Assembly (NCBI GenBank): GCA_051362555.1
Contig: CM120641.1
Coordinates: 47,374,401 to 47,438,400 of the forward strand
DNA: 64,000 bases
Source: Lingula anatina
Taxonomy: Eukaryota; Animalia; Brachiopoda
Direction: 5' to 3'
The position numbers and the translations under genes were made by a program. The notes below the pieces were generated by a model. The model was not told where the DNA came from. It worked only from the letters and a program-made list of their open reading frames with translations, and did no database searches. Of the stretch, positions 34,476 to 49,200 are shown in pieces (the first letter of the stretch is position 1; every line of letters starts with the position of its first letter).

Positions 34476-37424
34476 TTGGGTGGATGTGTGGGGAGAGGCC
34501 TAAAACGTAAATGTGGCTTACTCCTGCCTAGCCATCTCCTGTAGGTTTTTCTTTGATTTTATTGAAACTTGGAACACAGGAACATCTTGATGTGCAGTTT
34601 TTAAGTTTGTGATTTTTATCACTGTTTTGCCAAATTAGTTTTAGAAAATGGAATTGGTTCTTATATATTATTTCTTTTGTACAATAATGCACTGTTTTCT
34701 ATTAATTGCAATGAGACTGTCCACTTTAGAAGACCTCAGCATATAGTTGTGTGATTATACCCTTCATAATGGTTATTTCTTGTGAAATATATAAATTCAA
34801 TGGATACTAAAAGATGATATGTTTTTGTTCAGGCATCTCCTCCCACAATTTTTATATAATATATCAATGTCACCTGGCCTATAGGTTGGGGTAAGGAGGG
34901 GGGGGGGGGGTGAGGAGGGGGGGGGTTAAAAAGAAATGCACTATTGGAAATAAAGGAAAGGTCTTCTCTGAATCAAAATTTGATCTAGTTTGTATTTTGT
35001 TTTCTGATTTGGGTCAAGAAACAGGGTACAAAGATCCTGAGTGGATAATAGTGATGGTATATACAAAAAAAGTTTTTGATAAATTTCTTAATTTTGCTAT
35101 TGTTATGACAGGAAGTGTACTTGTAGATGTTGAAATAAGCATCACCATTTAAAGAAAAAATTATCTTCGTTATGAACATTGATGATTTCAGGTTCAGTGA
35201 CTTGGGGAAAACGTTTTCTGGAAAAAAGAATCTAAAAACATTCCCACATACTTTTTATTGCATGTCTGTTTGCATAAAATCTGAATTGTTATGAGCATTT
35301 TCTGGAACTCCAGTTTTGTGAAAACAATAATTAAGCATTCTATGTTACATGCAATTTGACCATTATGGTGGGAAATTAATTTTATATCGCAGGTACGTTT
35401 GTACTGAAGCAAACACATGAGCAATTCAGGTCGTACTCTTTAACCTGCAGGGGCTGGCTTGACAACTTCTCTTAGTCATGATTTCAGTTATTTTATACAC
35501 TGCTGTAAGTGTTTATTGTTATTCATTTTGTTAAACATTTGTTTAAATTTATTTTTATTCATCCAAGTTGTTAAAAAAAATGCATTCAAGTCATCTAGAA
35601 AAAAGGCTGTTAGTATTATGTTGTGTAATGCTTATAGTGCTTTTAACCTCTTGTTTTGAACATTGTTTGTAACATTTTGAACTGAAAACAACTTGGAAAT
35701 GGAAATTTTTGCCATTCATGCACAAAGTTTACATATAAATCCCATAGAGCTTTGTCTTGTTTCCTCTGCCAAGGAGGCAACGTTTTTGCCTTTATTTGTT
35801 TGTTAGTGAACAGCCAAAATTTAAAAATTATGATAACAGAAATGACCTATCTGAATCTTAAAATGGATCACATTTTGGTGGTGATCAGTTAAATAATAAA
35901 TTACAATAATTAAGCTGCTTTGGCAAAGTTTTTTACTCTCTTGATGCTTTTCTGGTTTCCCTCTGACACAGAATGACCCAATGTTATGTTTCTCTGTTCC
36001 ATCCATCCTCCAAGATATCTATTCCCCTCCTCCTGCAATTTTACAGTAGGTCTGTCAGCGGGTGCTGGTCCTGATATCTTCACTCCACAAAGTTTTCCAT
36101 GTTTTCCAGTGAAGCAAGCACGCACACAGACTATAGGCAGGCGTGGGCAGATGTAGGGAGCCGTAGAACCAATTACTGTCATCCCAGTTAGATCAATAAC
36201 ATTCAACTTTTCATGAAAGATTAGATTTAAACCAGTAGTTTGGAAGGAGTAATTGTGCCTGGGTTATAAGTCCTTGAAATCTAATGAGACAGCAAGCTAC
36301 ACCTTAAAGGCCAATTTGTAGGTGTCGGAATTTGGCTGTCGTAAAATCTAAAATTGTCAAACCAAGTCCCGCCACAAGTCCTTCATCTTACAACAAATGA
36401 AAATGATGATTATTTTCTGTCAAATGTCTCATTGTCTCGTGCCAGATATATCATTAGAAAGAAATTTTTAATCCTGTGAACAATGCGGTAAACAATGTGG
36501 TAAGTGAAAGACGTCCATGATTAGTAGAGGCCACGGACCTGCATATACAGAACTGCCGCCATCATTAGATATATTAAGTGGAGCAAATATGAAGTCCCAT
36601 TTTCTTATCTATCTCTACATTAATGGGTATTTGATGAGCCAGCATAACCCATGACAAAACAGACATGAGTATGACTGACATTTTATTGAAAAAACCAGAG
36701 AATGATAACACTTGGTTATTTGCTCTAATTATAACCTATACTCAGCAGAACACGAAAAGAAATTACCTCTGTTGCTTAGAGAGTGCCGTGCTGCCAAGAA
36801 ACATCTCAAATGCTCTTTACAAACCTGACCAATGATTCATTTGAAGTGAAAAATTATCACTTATGTCAGTGGTACATCACGGCATTATTGATGGTACCAA
36901 AGTGGGATATGATAATTTGGGAATGTGGTGGCATCCTTGGAGAGACATCAGTGTCAATACGAAAAGATTAGCACATCCAGCCTGTCTGGGGCTTTTCCTA
37001 CAGAACATTAAGTACCTAATGAATTCATTCATTACACTCAACAAGCTGCAAATTCATTGCCCACAAAGCCACATTTGCATTCCTGGTGTTTCTGCTGTGT
37101 GCCTTACACAGTGTATAATGAAGGAAGGAACAGGCTATAGCTTTTCTATGCTTGGCTGCTTTGCAAGGAAATGAGTGTTTCCACTTGTTTAGATGACACA
37201 CAGCACTGTTGATGGGAGAATAAGAGGAAAAGCCACATTACCATGAGAATGGCTAGAAGTTGGTTTACAAATGATGATGACTGTGAAAATGGTATTGAAT
37301 GTGACTTTACTGGAAACTGGACTTGGATGTGTTATGATGGCAATGAGGGCTGTCCATCACTGACCTTAGATTGTAAAGAAAAGATTTATGTTTTTGGGAG
37401 TTATTTTTTTCACTTATATGTAAC

Positions 37425-37570
<146 letters not shown>

Positions 37571-40500
37571 AATGAGTGTCTGTGTGGCTAATAAATGGTT
37601 ACACATACATTTTTCCAGGTTACAGCAATAAACTTTTCCATCATCTGCAGTTAGGAGAAAATCAGTCTAGCAACTCTGCATTTTACGTCATATTTGACGA
37701 TTAATTTCTAACATTGACTTTTTTTTTGGCACTTTGTCTTTTTCTGAAAAAAATAACAAATAGATGAGAAAAATAAGTGCCTCAGATTCAACATAATGAT
37801 AACTGCAATTCTCCCTCAGCAAAAATGAACCTTGTGTAATTTTTTTTATCAGAAAAGAAAACAGAAATGTGATACTTTATGATTTTTTTTTTTTTTGGGG
37901 GGGGGGGTGACTAAGATGTGATAAATTCAGAAAGCTAATGAAGTTAACAGGTCTAATAGAACAGAACATAAAGCACTTACAAGAGGTTGCTATTTTCACA
38001 GCATAACCTTGTTAGCACTAATAAGAGGAAGTGTATTTGAGACACACCATAATTTCTTCTGATCAAATTGTTTTAGAAGGCCAATCAGCAGGGATCCTGA
38101 CAAACTACTTTCAGCCGCAAATGTCATTAGTCCGAGGAGTCGCTGGAGTCAAGGCCAGAGCCCCCTTGGTCTTGGGGTCGTTAACATGGGCATCGTCAAT
38201 ACACCGCTGTGGGTGATGATCTTCTTCTCCAGTCTGCCATTATATAGTCTGGACTGAAAAAAAAACTCGAAAAAAAAATGAGCATAATGACCACTGTAAA
38301 CATCGATGCGTTGGTTCCAAATGTTGTCATTTTATATCGCTAAATGAATTGATTGGGGACCTCAATGATATGATTTATCAGGCCAAGGGCTGTTATTGGC
38401 TCTAGTCAGGGGATTCCAAGAATGATACACATTGATTTTTGGATTAAAAATATCAATGTAAATAATTGGTTGTTATGTGATGGTTGGCAGGCTGCAAATA
38501 ACATTTTCTATCTGGTGACTTGATATGTTCGCATGGCTGGAAGACCAAATCAAGATGACATCCTGGTTGTTAGCGTTTGAACTTAAAAACCCTCCGGATC
38601 TTTGGGGATTTCTTTTATTTCACTGTGTTTGCTTTAGTGCTTTAGAAAGAAGATTAAATACTGGTGACTGACAGAGCATTAAAAGTTAGTGAATGATAGC
38701 ATACATATAATATGTAGGGCTGACATTACAAGTTTTGTGATGTTGCATTTCACAGACTTTCCTAGTGATTGGTTGGTGCCATTATTTGTACAAGCTATAC
38801 ATTACTATTATAGAGTTTGCTTCACTAATAGCTGTAAGTTTTTTGGCTTAGCTTAGACTGCTAAAATATACTGAAAATAGGTTAGCTGACTGCTGCAAAA
38901 TGATGTTGTGACAATGATGGTGGTACATTTCAATAATGCTAAGACCAGCTAAGCAAGTCTTCTTTTGTGCATGCATCACACAACCCAACAATGAGAGTGT
39001 GTCACTCCATGTAGATCACTGTATGTTGATTGTCATTATATATAATATTGATTGCTTATGTTTTTTTTTTTTTTTCTTCATGATTGGGTGTAAATGAAAC
39101 AGTTATTACCTAATTGCTTTTAAAAGATGTCGTTTGTTGCTATCCATTGATTTTTACACCGTCACTGCCTTGGGAAATAAAGGGTTGTGTGATGTCTCCT
39201 CAGCAAGTTAACACTTGAAATGTATGCTTTAAGATGACAGATGCTGAGCATGGTCTATAATATTTTTAACAGTTTTTATTCTCTCACACAATCACTCTGT
39301 TTTAGTGTACAGTAAAAGCTCTAGTCTGTCTCATTGTAGATTTAGAAATTTGATCCTTGGGCTAACTTTCAACACATAAAATGAGATTCTTCTTGTGACA
39401 CAACTTATGCTGAATTTGGAACATCCTGTGCCTAGAAAGATTTTTTGCTTGGTCATTGTGTGAAACAAGCCCCTATTGAAGTAAAGAACTAGCATTAGTT
39501 ATTGTTAAATAAAATATTAGATTTATTATTTTGCATCGTCCCACAATTTATCATGTTAAATTCTACACCAATGTTCCACCTCTTCTAAATATCCCAACAG
39601 AAGGCAGTGCATAAGAAACATGATTATCACCAAGATGAAAAGAAACATTTATTGGTTTTGATTTGTATGACCATTTTTCAAATAATAGCGCTGCTCCTTT
39701 TAAAGCCATTCTCTTGTTTAGTATGCAGTCAGCATTGGGAGCAGCCATTTCAGACCAAGCACTTTGTACATCCACCTAAATGACGTGGTATTAGACACAG
39801 CAATCAGTCCCAGTAACTGTGGAATTATGACTGGTTATGTGCCCTGAGGTGAATGATTTTCATAACAATGCTTCAAAGGGGAGCTTCCTGTTTGACAATC
39901 ATTTTGATCGGTCATTAGTCTGCTGTGTATAGTAAGTTAATGGTGGAAAAAATTATTTTACTTGCAAAATGAAATCTCCGCTATGTGATTATCCTTTTCT
40001 CTTCAGTTTTGATTTCGTACTTGGTGTTATTTGGCATCAAAATGGTCTCAGTTCTTAAGCTGAATTTATAACAAAATGGACTGTGAAACATTATCAGTTT
40101 TTATGATACACTAACTTATTACACATTTAATGGTGATAGGGGGCATCCATATAGTGTAAACCTTCACATAAATGTATTCATTTTCATCAGTTCTTGATGA
40201 AAAATATAAATGAGAAGTCAAGTTGTAGTTTAATTTTAGCTGTGGAAGATAATTTGTGTGTGGGATGTAGGACTGCAGTTTTTATTTAGATTTCCTCTGC
40301 TGGTGACATCGGTGCAACCCGTCTTGATCCTGATGTCTTTATTGTGGCTTCTCTATGGTGAAACACTTTTTAAAAAAGAATTAATTATGAACATTTGCCA
40401 ATTGTCTTCCTTTTTCCTTATCTTCCATAAAACAAATCATCTGTTTGGGGAAGAGGGGACCTGTGGTTGCAGCATGACTAAGACAGATTTTTCTTCTACA

Positions 40501-41564
40501 AGGAAGTAGACGTACATGTGTTCTGTGGCGTTCAACTTTCTTTGAATACGTATCACAGCCATCTTTCCTGTTCACATCTGCATTGAACAAATTGTTCACA
40601 CAAGATGACTTCAGAATGTGAAATGGACTAAATGTAAATTATCTGAGACAACCAAAAATCTTGCGACTTACGGGTAAAATCATGCAGATTCTTGCACATT
40701 TTCTAGTCTCACATCACATTGCACAGCCGTGTTTTACGCTAAATATCAGCTGATTTCCAGTGGTGACGTTAGACAAACAAATTGTGAAAGAGGAGTATAA
40801 AATGACGAATGTTTTTGAACTAAAATCTTAGCCTGCTAAACACACATTGATCAGTAATTGTAGATTTGACCAGAATTTAGCAGTCCAAGATTATCCCAAG
40901 AATTTTAGACTTTGAAAATGGACCCCTGCTGCATTTTGATCATCTCAGGGTGCAAGTTAGGCTTTTTTTCTGATCTAATTTAGGCCTTGTGTGAACTCGG
41001 CCCAAGATAAATGAGAGAGACAATGTGCAGTTGCTCTGACAAGATAACATTTGTATCATCCTCTGTCAGTCATCTTTTTTGGCGTGAATAGTTTACAAGA
41101 TGACTTGAAAAATGTCATCGTCTTTGCGACACTGAGACATTAGTGTCATGGTAGTTGAAATTGTAGCCACATTACCGCATTCCCACAGATCATCAAAGGG
41201 CCCCAGGTCCATGTTGCTTCTCATTTACTGTCACCTACACAACATGGAAAACAATACTTTCTTGTGCAAGACAAGATGGACAGTCTCCTCATATATTTTG
41301 ATTGCAACTTGGTTTTTGATATGTTCATTTTTCATCGCTTGAAACAAATAGAAAGTGTCTGTTTCTTTGAAGGTGCTTCCTTTTGATGTAAGACAAAGCT
41401 CATACATCTTGTCGAGTATACTTGCTCTTCCCTAAGGCCCTATAGATGACTTGAAGTCAACCACAGTGAAAACCTTTTATACCGTGCTGGCAGACAAATT
41501 GCTTTTGAGAATTTCCAATTTTCCTACTAAAAATACGTTGTGTACATATGTTTATCTCACAGCA

Positions 41565-41566
<2 letters not shown>

Positions 41567-41606
<40 letters not shown>
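41567..41606. repeat. Poly-T tract of about 40 nt
   Basis: Seen directly. Confidence 0.9.
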
Positions 41607-41607
<1 letters not shown>

Positions 41608-42086
41608 TAGAAAAAAAAACAAGCGTGAATGTTTATTATATAAGCGTATGTGTCAGTGCTTTTGATGTTTTTACTTTTGATATTATAAGTGTCAAACATT
41701 CTGTTTTGCCTTGAAAGTAACAGTAGGTTGTAAAAAAGCACTACACTTTGCTTTTGAACTAGACTAAGTGCATAGAATATAAAGCAGAAGAAAATACGGC
41801 ACTACTTGTGTTCTTGTCATTATGCATTTTGCTGATAGTTTTCAGAAAAAAAGGCCTTGGTAATTCTAAGATTAGCAGCAGTACCTGAGTGTAATTACAC
41901 ATGACAGGCGGGGTAAAATTGAGCAATAACTCTTGGTAATATTGAGTTGATTAGAGTCCTTAATTCCAGCAAAATTCAATTTTGCACATCATTTCAATTT
42001 ACACTGTCACCTGGAATGAGAAATATTGAAATCACATGCCCAGGAAATGAGGATGTGTGCTGCGGCAGCCTGCTAGGAAACCACAG

Positions 42087-42400
42087 CCTCTAGAACAGGC
42101 TCCGGGATATTGACTGGAGAAAGTGAAAACCTCTAGGACAGGCTCCAGGATATTGACTGGGGAAAGTAAAAACCTCTAGAACAGGCTCCGGGATATTGAC
42201 TGGAGAAAGTAAAAATCTCTAGAACAGGCTGTAAGATTTTGACGGAGAAAGTGAAAACCTCTAGAACAGGCTCTGGGATATTAAGTGTAGAAAGTGAAAA
42301 CCTGTAGAACAGGCTCTAAGATTTTGACAGAGAAAGAGAAAACCTCTAGAATAGGCTCTGGGATGTTGACTGGAGAAAGTGAAAACCAGTAGAACAGGAT
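42087..42400. repeat. 43-bp minisatellite, about 7 copies
   Basis: Unit cctctagaacaggctccgggatattgactggagaaagtgaaaa, with starts at 42087, 42130, 42173 and onward. Confidence 0.93.
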
Positions 42401-43483
42401 TTGGGATAAAACCACTTGTTTGGATCATTCTTATGTTATATGATGTGGACCATTCAAAGGTCTGTGTACTAGATACATCATGTATCAGAGACTGGTGTAT
42501 ACAACCATCTTTATCAGACTTGAGATTATGCAAAAGAAAACATAAAAAAGAGATTAATTCATCAACAACTTCTTTTTTGCTGCATCTCCCAGATCTATCC
42601 AGTGTTTTTTTGACAGTTTAGGGTTTGTGTCCTTGTCCAGTAATTATGTCACAGTTCCATGATGAGTTTGTCTTGATATCATCATATCATGTATGTAATA
42701 TGTGGTATCCTGTTCGTGGCATCTTGAAATTATATTCATCTGTGTCAGTGATAGCGCTCAGGTTCTGTTATGATTGAAGCTGTCATGTTACTCAAACATA
42801 TCACACCTGTAAACCTGCTTTGAAGAAGCAGTCAACTACAGAAAGAGGGGTATTTTTTTACTGGGGATCACAATGGTGAAGGGTTTTCAAAGAGATAATT
42901 GCACAGGTAGTCATGTTCTGGTAGATATTTGAGAGACAAACAGCTTTTCACACCTGTGAGACAAGCAGGTGGGGAGACAGTGCATTATTGATAGGAAAAA
43001 AAGGTGCATCTTTGTCAGATGTCCACTGTTTTGTGAGGTTCAATAAAATGTGTACCAGGATAACGTACTTTGATGGATGGATACAAGGTGAACAAAATGT
43101 ACTCAGATTTCAGGAATGTTTCAATATATATATATGTATATATAAAAGGAGCTGGAGTCATCCTCATTTATGACAGTCTTGTAGTCAGGTGCTACATTAT
43201 AACACATTGAATGCAGAAAGTTAGGAAATATTTTCAAAAAGTAACATGCATCATGTTTTATTTTTTTGGCTGTCAGTCATTGATAATTGTTCTTGTGAGT
43301 GGATTTGTAGTCTTGATAGAAGAGGAGGGTATAAGCTAAAGAAAAGTTCAGTCTGAAAAAAAATTTCATAATGCTATATCAGTTAATTTTAATTTACTTA
43401 TCTCTTTTCTACTACATGAAATATATGAAGATTAAATCAGCATTATAAATCTGTGTTTAATGAAGCCAAATCCCAGGCAATCA

Positions 43484-43730
43484 TTTTTACCCCTGCCAAG
43501 GAGGTTATGTTTTCACCCCTGTTTGTTTGTCTGTTTGGCCATCTTTCATCAATATAACTCAGAAAGTTATGGACTGATTTTGATGAAATTTTCAGGAACT
43601 GTCAGAAGTGGGCCATGGAACAGATGATTAGTTTTTGGTGGTGATACGGATCGATATTCAATCAATAATCAATAATAATGGAAAATTGCTGCCTTGGCAG
43701 AGGTCTGCGCTCTCTGAGTGCTTTTCTAGT
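43484..43730 (+). mobile_element. Non-autonomous Helentron/HINE (DINE-1-like) element
   Basis: 5' cctgccaaggaggttatgtttt followed by a (GTTT/GTCT) microsatellite. Subterminal inverted repeat ccttggcagagg, 3' hairpin gcgctctctgagtgc and a ctagttttt end, inserted in a T run. Confidence 0.75.
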
Positions 43731-44693
43731 TTTTAATGAAAATGGCATTACAACAACCATTTAAAAAAGAATCATAAAAATTGTCATTTTAATTCCACAT
43801 TTTTATGGAATCCCATATTGTTATGGTATATAGCATTTGAATAATCCATATTACTTCAACAAAAGTACACAAATGTTACCTTCCTTTTTTCCTTGGAGCA
43901 TTGTTCCCATGTTTTGTTGCCTTCAAGGTGTGTGTGTGTATGAACCAGTGGCAGTGATTACCACACAATGGAATACCTGCAGATTTGTTCTTTTTTTGAC
44001 AGAACAATGATTAATTACTGCATTTATACCTTTTTCCCATTTATGACTTTGACACGAGTAACATTTGAGCGGAAACATAATCATGCTACATAGTTGTCGT
44101 TTGACTGTAGAGAATTGCTGTTTTCAAAGACCAGGGGCTGTTCTCCAGGCAGCCTGGCCGTGTAGAATCATACCAGCAACCTTCTCAATTTTCACTAAGT
44201 GTGCACCAGGCGTGAAATTCATAGAGAAAAAAGATCTTCTCTCTGAGGCTGATTGATGGTTGCCATCATTATACATCACCATGTAGACAGTTGGAATTGG
44301 ACTGGTTGTGATAGATGAGGTGTTTTTATGAGGAAACCTGGAGAAAAAATACAATGATGCCTCTCCATTGATGGCCTGCGATTGTCTTAGTCACATCAGT
44401 CTTAGTTTCATCAAACATAAAGCGTGATGCTGGTATTGGTTTTGTAAATTACAGAACCAGAATCATCAATTTGCCTTTTGTTGTCAAATTATTTCTTTAG
44501 TACTAGTCTGACTTCTCACCTCCCCAGCCATAGATTTAAATGAAGCAGTCTTCTGTCATCCTCTGATGCTCTCGATCTGCACCTTTCTTGGGGCATGTTT
44601 CTTGTTTATTATATGCTTTTTCAAACAAACAAAATGCTCATATTTTACATTAGTTATTTTTGGCCATTGGTCTATATTTCCATCCATTGCTTA

Positions 44694-44860
44694 CAGGGGC
44701 GGCTCCAGGGATATTTTCAGACAGGCTTCCAAATTATCTATGTTGATCCATCCACCATTTTTGACGGTCTTCCAACATTTTAAAAAGATACCCAACAATG
44801 TAAGCTTGAAAATCTGACCATCTTCTGGAAGACCCAGAAGACAGCCTGAATCTGCCCCTG
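44694..44860 (+). mobile_element. Short hAT-like MITE, copy 2
   Basis: caggggcgg ... tctgcccctg. Colinear with 12667-12823. Confidence 0.75.
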
Positions 44861-45049
44861 GTTTAGATGTCTGTCATTACTGGTCAGTTTGCTGGTCACA
44901 TCTTTTTCTTTCCATGGAAACTGGGGTCATTTTCTTTGTTATTAAGTTTTGATCACCAACCACTGTGTATGTCAGTCTCTCTTTGTCTGTCTGTCTGTCT
45001 GTATATGTTTTGTTTGTGAAATCATCCTTGAGATAACCTAACTGAGTTA

Positions 45050-45302
45050 GACCGCATTCACAACGAGTTGAGCCATGGCTCTACAAAGTCACGAACTAAA
45101 TATGGTGGACATACATGAAAGGAAAACTGCCTAATCTTTTAATAGTCTCTCCGCCTCTCACATACCTCCCCATGCGTCTTCCCTGCGGGAGTACAGTCAT
45201 TTAATCTCGGTTCCATTGGGATGACACATGGGGAGGCGGGTGAGAGGCATATTTAGTTCGTGACTTTGTAGAGCCATTGCTCAACTCGTTGTGAATGGGG
45301 TC
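45050..45302. mobile_element. MITE, PIF/Harbinger (Tourist)-like
   Basis: About 54-bp TIRs gaccgcattcacaacgagttgagccatggctctacaaagtcacgaactaaatatg and its near-perfect reverse complement, flanked by TTA on both sides, with an extra internal hairpin. Confidence 0.85.
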
Positions 45303-45374
45303 TTAGTCTTTTATATGTATTTGTTTGTAGTAGTGTTCATTTGGCTTATTATTTTTCTGAACTGTTAAGATGAT

Positions 45375-46296
45375 GGCTGGCTAGTTGGCTAAACTGTTTG
45401 GATTGGTGGTTAGATAGCTGGCTAGTTGGCTAAACTGTTTGGATTGGTGGTTAGATAGCTGGCTAGTTGGCTGTACTGTTTGGATTGGATGGCTGGCTAG
45501 TTGGCTGTACTGTTTGGATTGGTGGTTAGATGGCTAGCTAGTTGGCTGTACTGTTTGGATTGGTGGTTAGATAGCTGTCTAGTTGGCTGTACTGTTTGGA
45601 TTGGTGGTAAGATGGCTAGCTAGTTGACTGTACTGTTTGGATTGGTGGTTAGATAGCTGGCTAGTTGGCTGTACTGTTTGGATTGGTGGTTAGATGGCTA
45701 GCTAGTTGGCTGTACTGTTTGGATTGGTGGTTAGATGGCTAGCTAGTTGGCTGTACTGTTTGGATTGGATGGCTGGCTTGTTGGCTGTACTGTTTGGATT
45801 GGTGGTTAGATAGCTGGCTAGTTGGCTGTACTGTTTGGATTGGTGGTTAGATGGCTAGCTAGTTGGCTGTACTGTTTGGATTGGTGGTTAGATGGCTAGC
45901 TAGTTGGCTGTACTGTTTGGATTGGTGGTTAGATAGCTGTCTAGTTGGCTGTACTGTTTGGATTGGTGGTAAGATGGCTAGCTAGTTGACTGTACTGTTT
46001 GGATTGGTGGTTAGATAGCTGGCTAGTTGGCTGTACTGTTTGGATTGGTGGTTAGATGGCTAGCTAGTTGGCTGTACTGTTTGGATTGGTGGTTAGATGG
46101 CTAGCTAGTTGGCTGTACTGTTTGGATTGGTGGTTAGATGGCTAGCTAGTTGGCTGTACTGTTTGGATTGGATGGCTGGCTTGTTGGCTGTACTGTTTGG
46201 ATTGGTGGTCAGATAGCTGGCTAGTTGGCTATACTATTTAGATTGGTGGTTAGATGGCTAGCTAGTTAGTTGGCTGTACTGTTTGGATGGATGGCT
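45375..46296. repeat. 41-bp minisatellite with 33-bp deletion variants, about 23 copies
   Basis: Unit ggctagttggctgtactgtttggattggtggttagatagct. Confidence 0.96.
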
Positions 46297-49200
46297 ACGT
46301 CATTTTCCTAAATTTTGGCAATGTATGGTAAAATAAATTAGAAAAAACTTACCCATCTCCTATTTAATATATTACTGTATTTGGGTTGCAAACTTTATAC
46401 AGATCCAGAGAAATACAAATATTTCCATAGCTTGAACTTTAAAATTTCTGCAAATAATTAAAAGACTATTTTACCTTTGAGAGCTTTAATCCACTTTTTT
46501 GTCTGCTCTATAGTGTAACTTTCATCAGAATTGATTAAAGCAAGTCATATAAGGGCTGCTTTTGAGGCATATTCTTAGCAAACCGAACCTTTAAAGACCT
46601 TTACCACACCATAATATTTCATCCATCACACTGTCATAGGTGATTTAGAACAGTCTTGAAATCTCTGGAGCAGTGGGAAGAGACATAAAAGATATAATCT
46701 GATAAAATTCTAGTTAAGCTAATCTAAATTGTAACTGACAGCATGAGAATAAATATTGCAAGAAGATAAGGTTGTATGTGTCGTAGGGAGAAAGTGTAAA
46801 AGGTATTTAAATATGTTTGAATTTCCAAGAATTTTTCATAAATTTCCCTCATGATCCAAAGCATGTCTTGTACAAAGCCATGAGAATTTAAAATGTACTT
46901 ATTGCCATCAAGCCCTGCAGCCCAGCAAGATTACCTGTGGGCATTGGTGAACCTAACACAAAAAGGGTTTTTAAGTTCAGAACCTTTTGACATAAAATTT
47001 TTGATCTGTGTAGATCAAAGTACTTAATATATATTTAAGCCATTAAACATTTATATTGTAATGTATCATGCATGTTTCCTTATAACACATAGTAGAACTA
47101 GCCAGAAGAGAATTGTAAACATGATATATTTTTTAAAATGTGATTTTGACCATTTCAGGTGTGCATGTTTATTCAGTTTTGACTTTTACATATAGCTTGA
47201 AAGTTCAATAATGATAGGAGTTTACAATTTTTTTTTTTTTTGCATTTTTTTTTACCTACTAACCTTTGAATGACCTCTGTATGACCCAGTTATGCAATAC
47301 CAGTCATTGCTGATAATATGTTAGAAATGTAAAAGAATTTCTGAATGAAACAAACTTAAGTTGAAAGCAGGACAGAAAAAAAGAAAGCAAGGAAAGAAAT
47401 AATCTAAAAATGACCATTAGTAAGAACTTTAAGGACTGTTGCTGCATTATTGCAAACTGACAGCTCATAGAACAGAAAATCATTTGATGAATGACTGCTT
47501 GTACTCTGTTATACTGGCTTATATTTGATACATGACTAAAAACCAGTGGAAGTGCAGGTTGTCTACTATCAGATAATTGAACACGGCAAACATCAAAGCT
47601 GTCATAATGTCATTATCTATTGTTGTTGGAATGAAATATGTGCTTGATGCCTTGCGATTTACCCATTATCTGGCCAAATTTCATCTAGTGGTAGTTTGAC
47701 AGTCATGCAATAGACATGATTGATGTCAATCATTTCCAGTGATGGATCAGCGTCTAGAGAGTGGCCAATCCCGGCAGCAGCTGCATCGTAATTAGCAAGA
47801 GGGACTCAGGGTGCCCCAATAGCAGTGTCATCTTCCAATAACCCGGTTAACGTCTGTAAACAACCAAGAAGATCCAATAAACTGGCTGTATTTCCAAGCC
47901 CGAACAGTGACTTCACTCCTGCTTCAGCTTGCCAGTCAAGAGCCCAGGGAGTAGTTTATCAGACTTTGTGATGTTAAGCAGAGACCTTTCCCTGATCATT
48001 TGTCATATCCAATTTGTGTCACACACTGCTGCTGTCAGATAGTGACACACAAATTGTATATCAACAGGACTTGGAAGTCATTCTGGAATTCTCCAGGGGG
48101 AGTGATAATGAGTTACACAGAGGCCAGAAACTGTGCGGTATTCTTCATTCAATATTAGGAACATGTAGACACTGGATCTATAATCAACTTGGTTACACAC
48201 AACATTGGCATTTTGCTGGCTTCTCCTGCCCATGCCCCCATGCCAAGTGGTTATTCTATACATTAGTAAAGCAGACAATTAATTTTGAATGTATGGCTAC
48301 AAATATATTGAACATGAAAAAGTATTCCGACGTAAAATCATTGTCTGTTAAAAGCCGCAAGGGGATTTCATATAAAGATAGAATCCCTGTACAAGTACAA
48401 TAGTGTTGGTAGACATTCTTTGTTTTTAATCCAGGAGTACAGACCTTGATAAGTTGTCACAAAACTTTTGTTACCAGGTACAAATTAACACTTGATTGAA
48501 CATTCTTCAAAGATTTAATTTTTTTTTGACAATTCATCCACAAACCCCCTCCTCAAATATATGTTTTCAGTTTAAGGTTTTTCTAGGTGACCAGATCACC
48601 TATCAGTATGATCTCATTCTTGAGAAAAAATGGATCTCCCCTCTGTGGGCCTATCAGTCTTGTTGAATGTCACATCATATTTGTATCTCAAATGGTTAAT
48701 AAGATATGCTTGAATCCAAACATGATCCCTTCCCAAATTAGAAAAAGGGTTTAAGAGGCCAATAAAACCTTAGGGCAGCATCCAAGTGAGATGGGTCAAA
48801 CAGAGTGTTAAGATCCTGCCTGCTATCTGCAGAGCTGGTGCAGTTCTCTATTAGTTATTAACTAGATATAGACTCAGTGTCATTCATAAAGAGGAAACTT
48901 TTATGTAAATGTATCTCTTTGCAACAGACCTCTTTACTGGGAATCTATCAATGAGCTATTTGTTTCTTAGATAATGTTATTTTCTGCATGTTTCTCCTAA
49001 ATATGGCAGATTTATGACTCCTTAATAAAAGGATTTTGCATATCTTGTCCTGTTTCAGAATTTTTTTAAGTGAATATGCAATGTTAAGTTAGTAACTCCT
49101 GACTTCATGACAGGTAAAAAGTATATTGCATGTGCCTAATATCTATTTCATTGTCCCAAAAGATATCAAAGGTAATTTTAAGCTGCAAAACAGTGATATT

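Noticed and set aside
35760-35820. Second Helentron 5' end (cctctgccaaggagg)
   Set aside because: Only a short fragment, with no matching 3' hairpin found.
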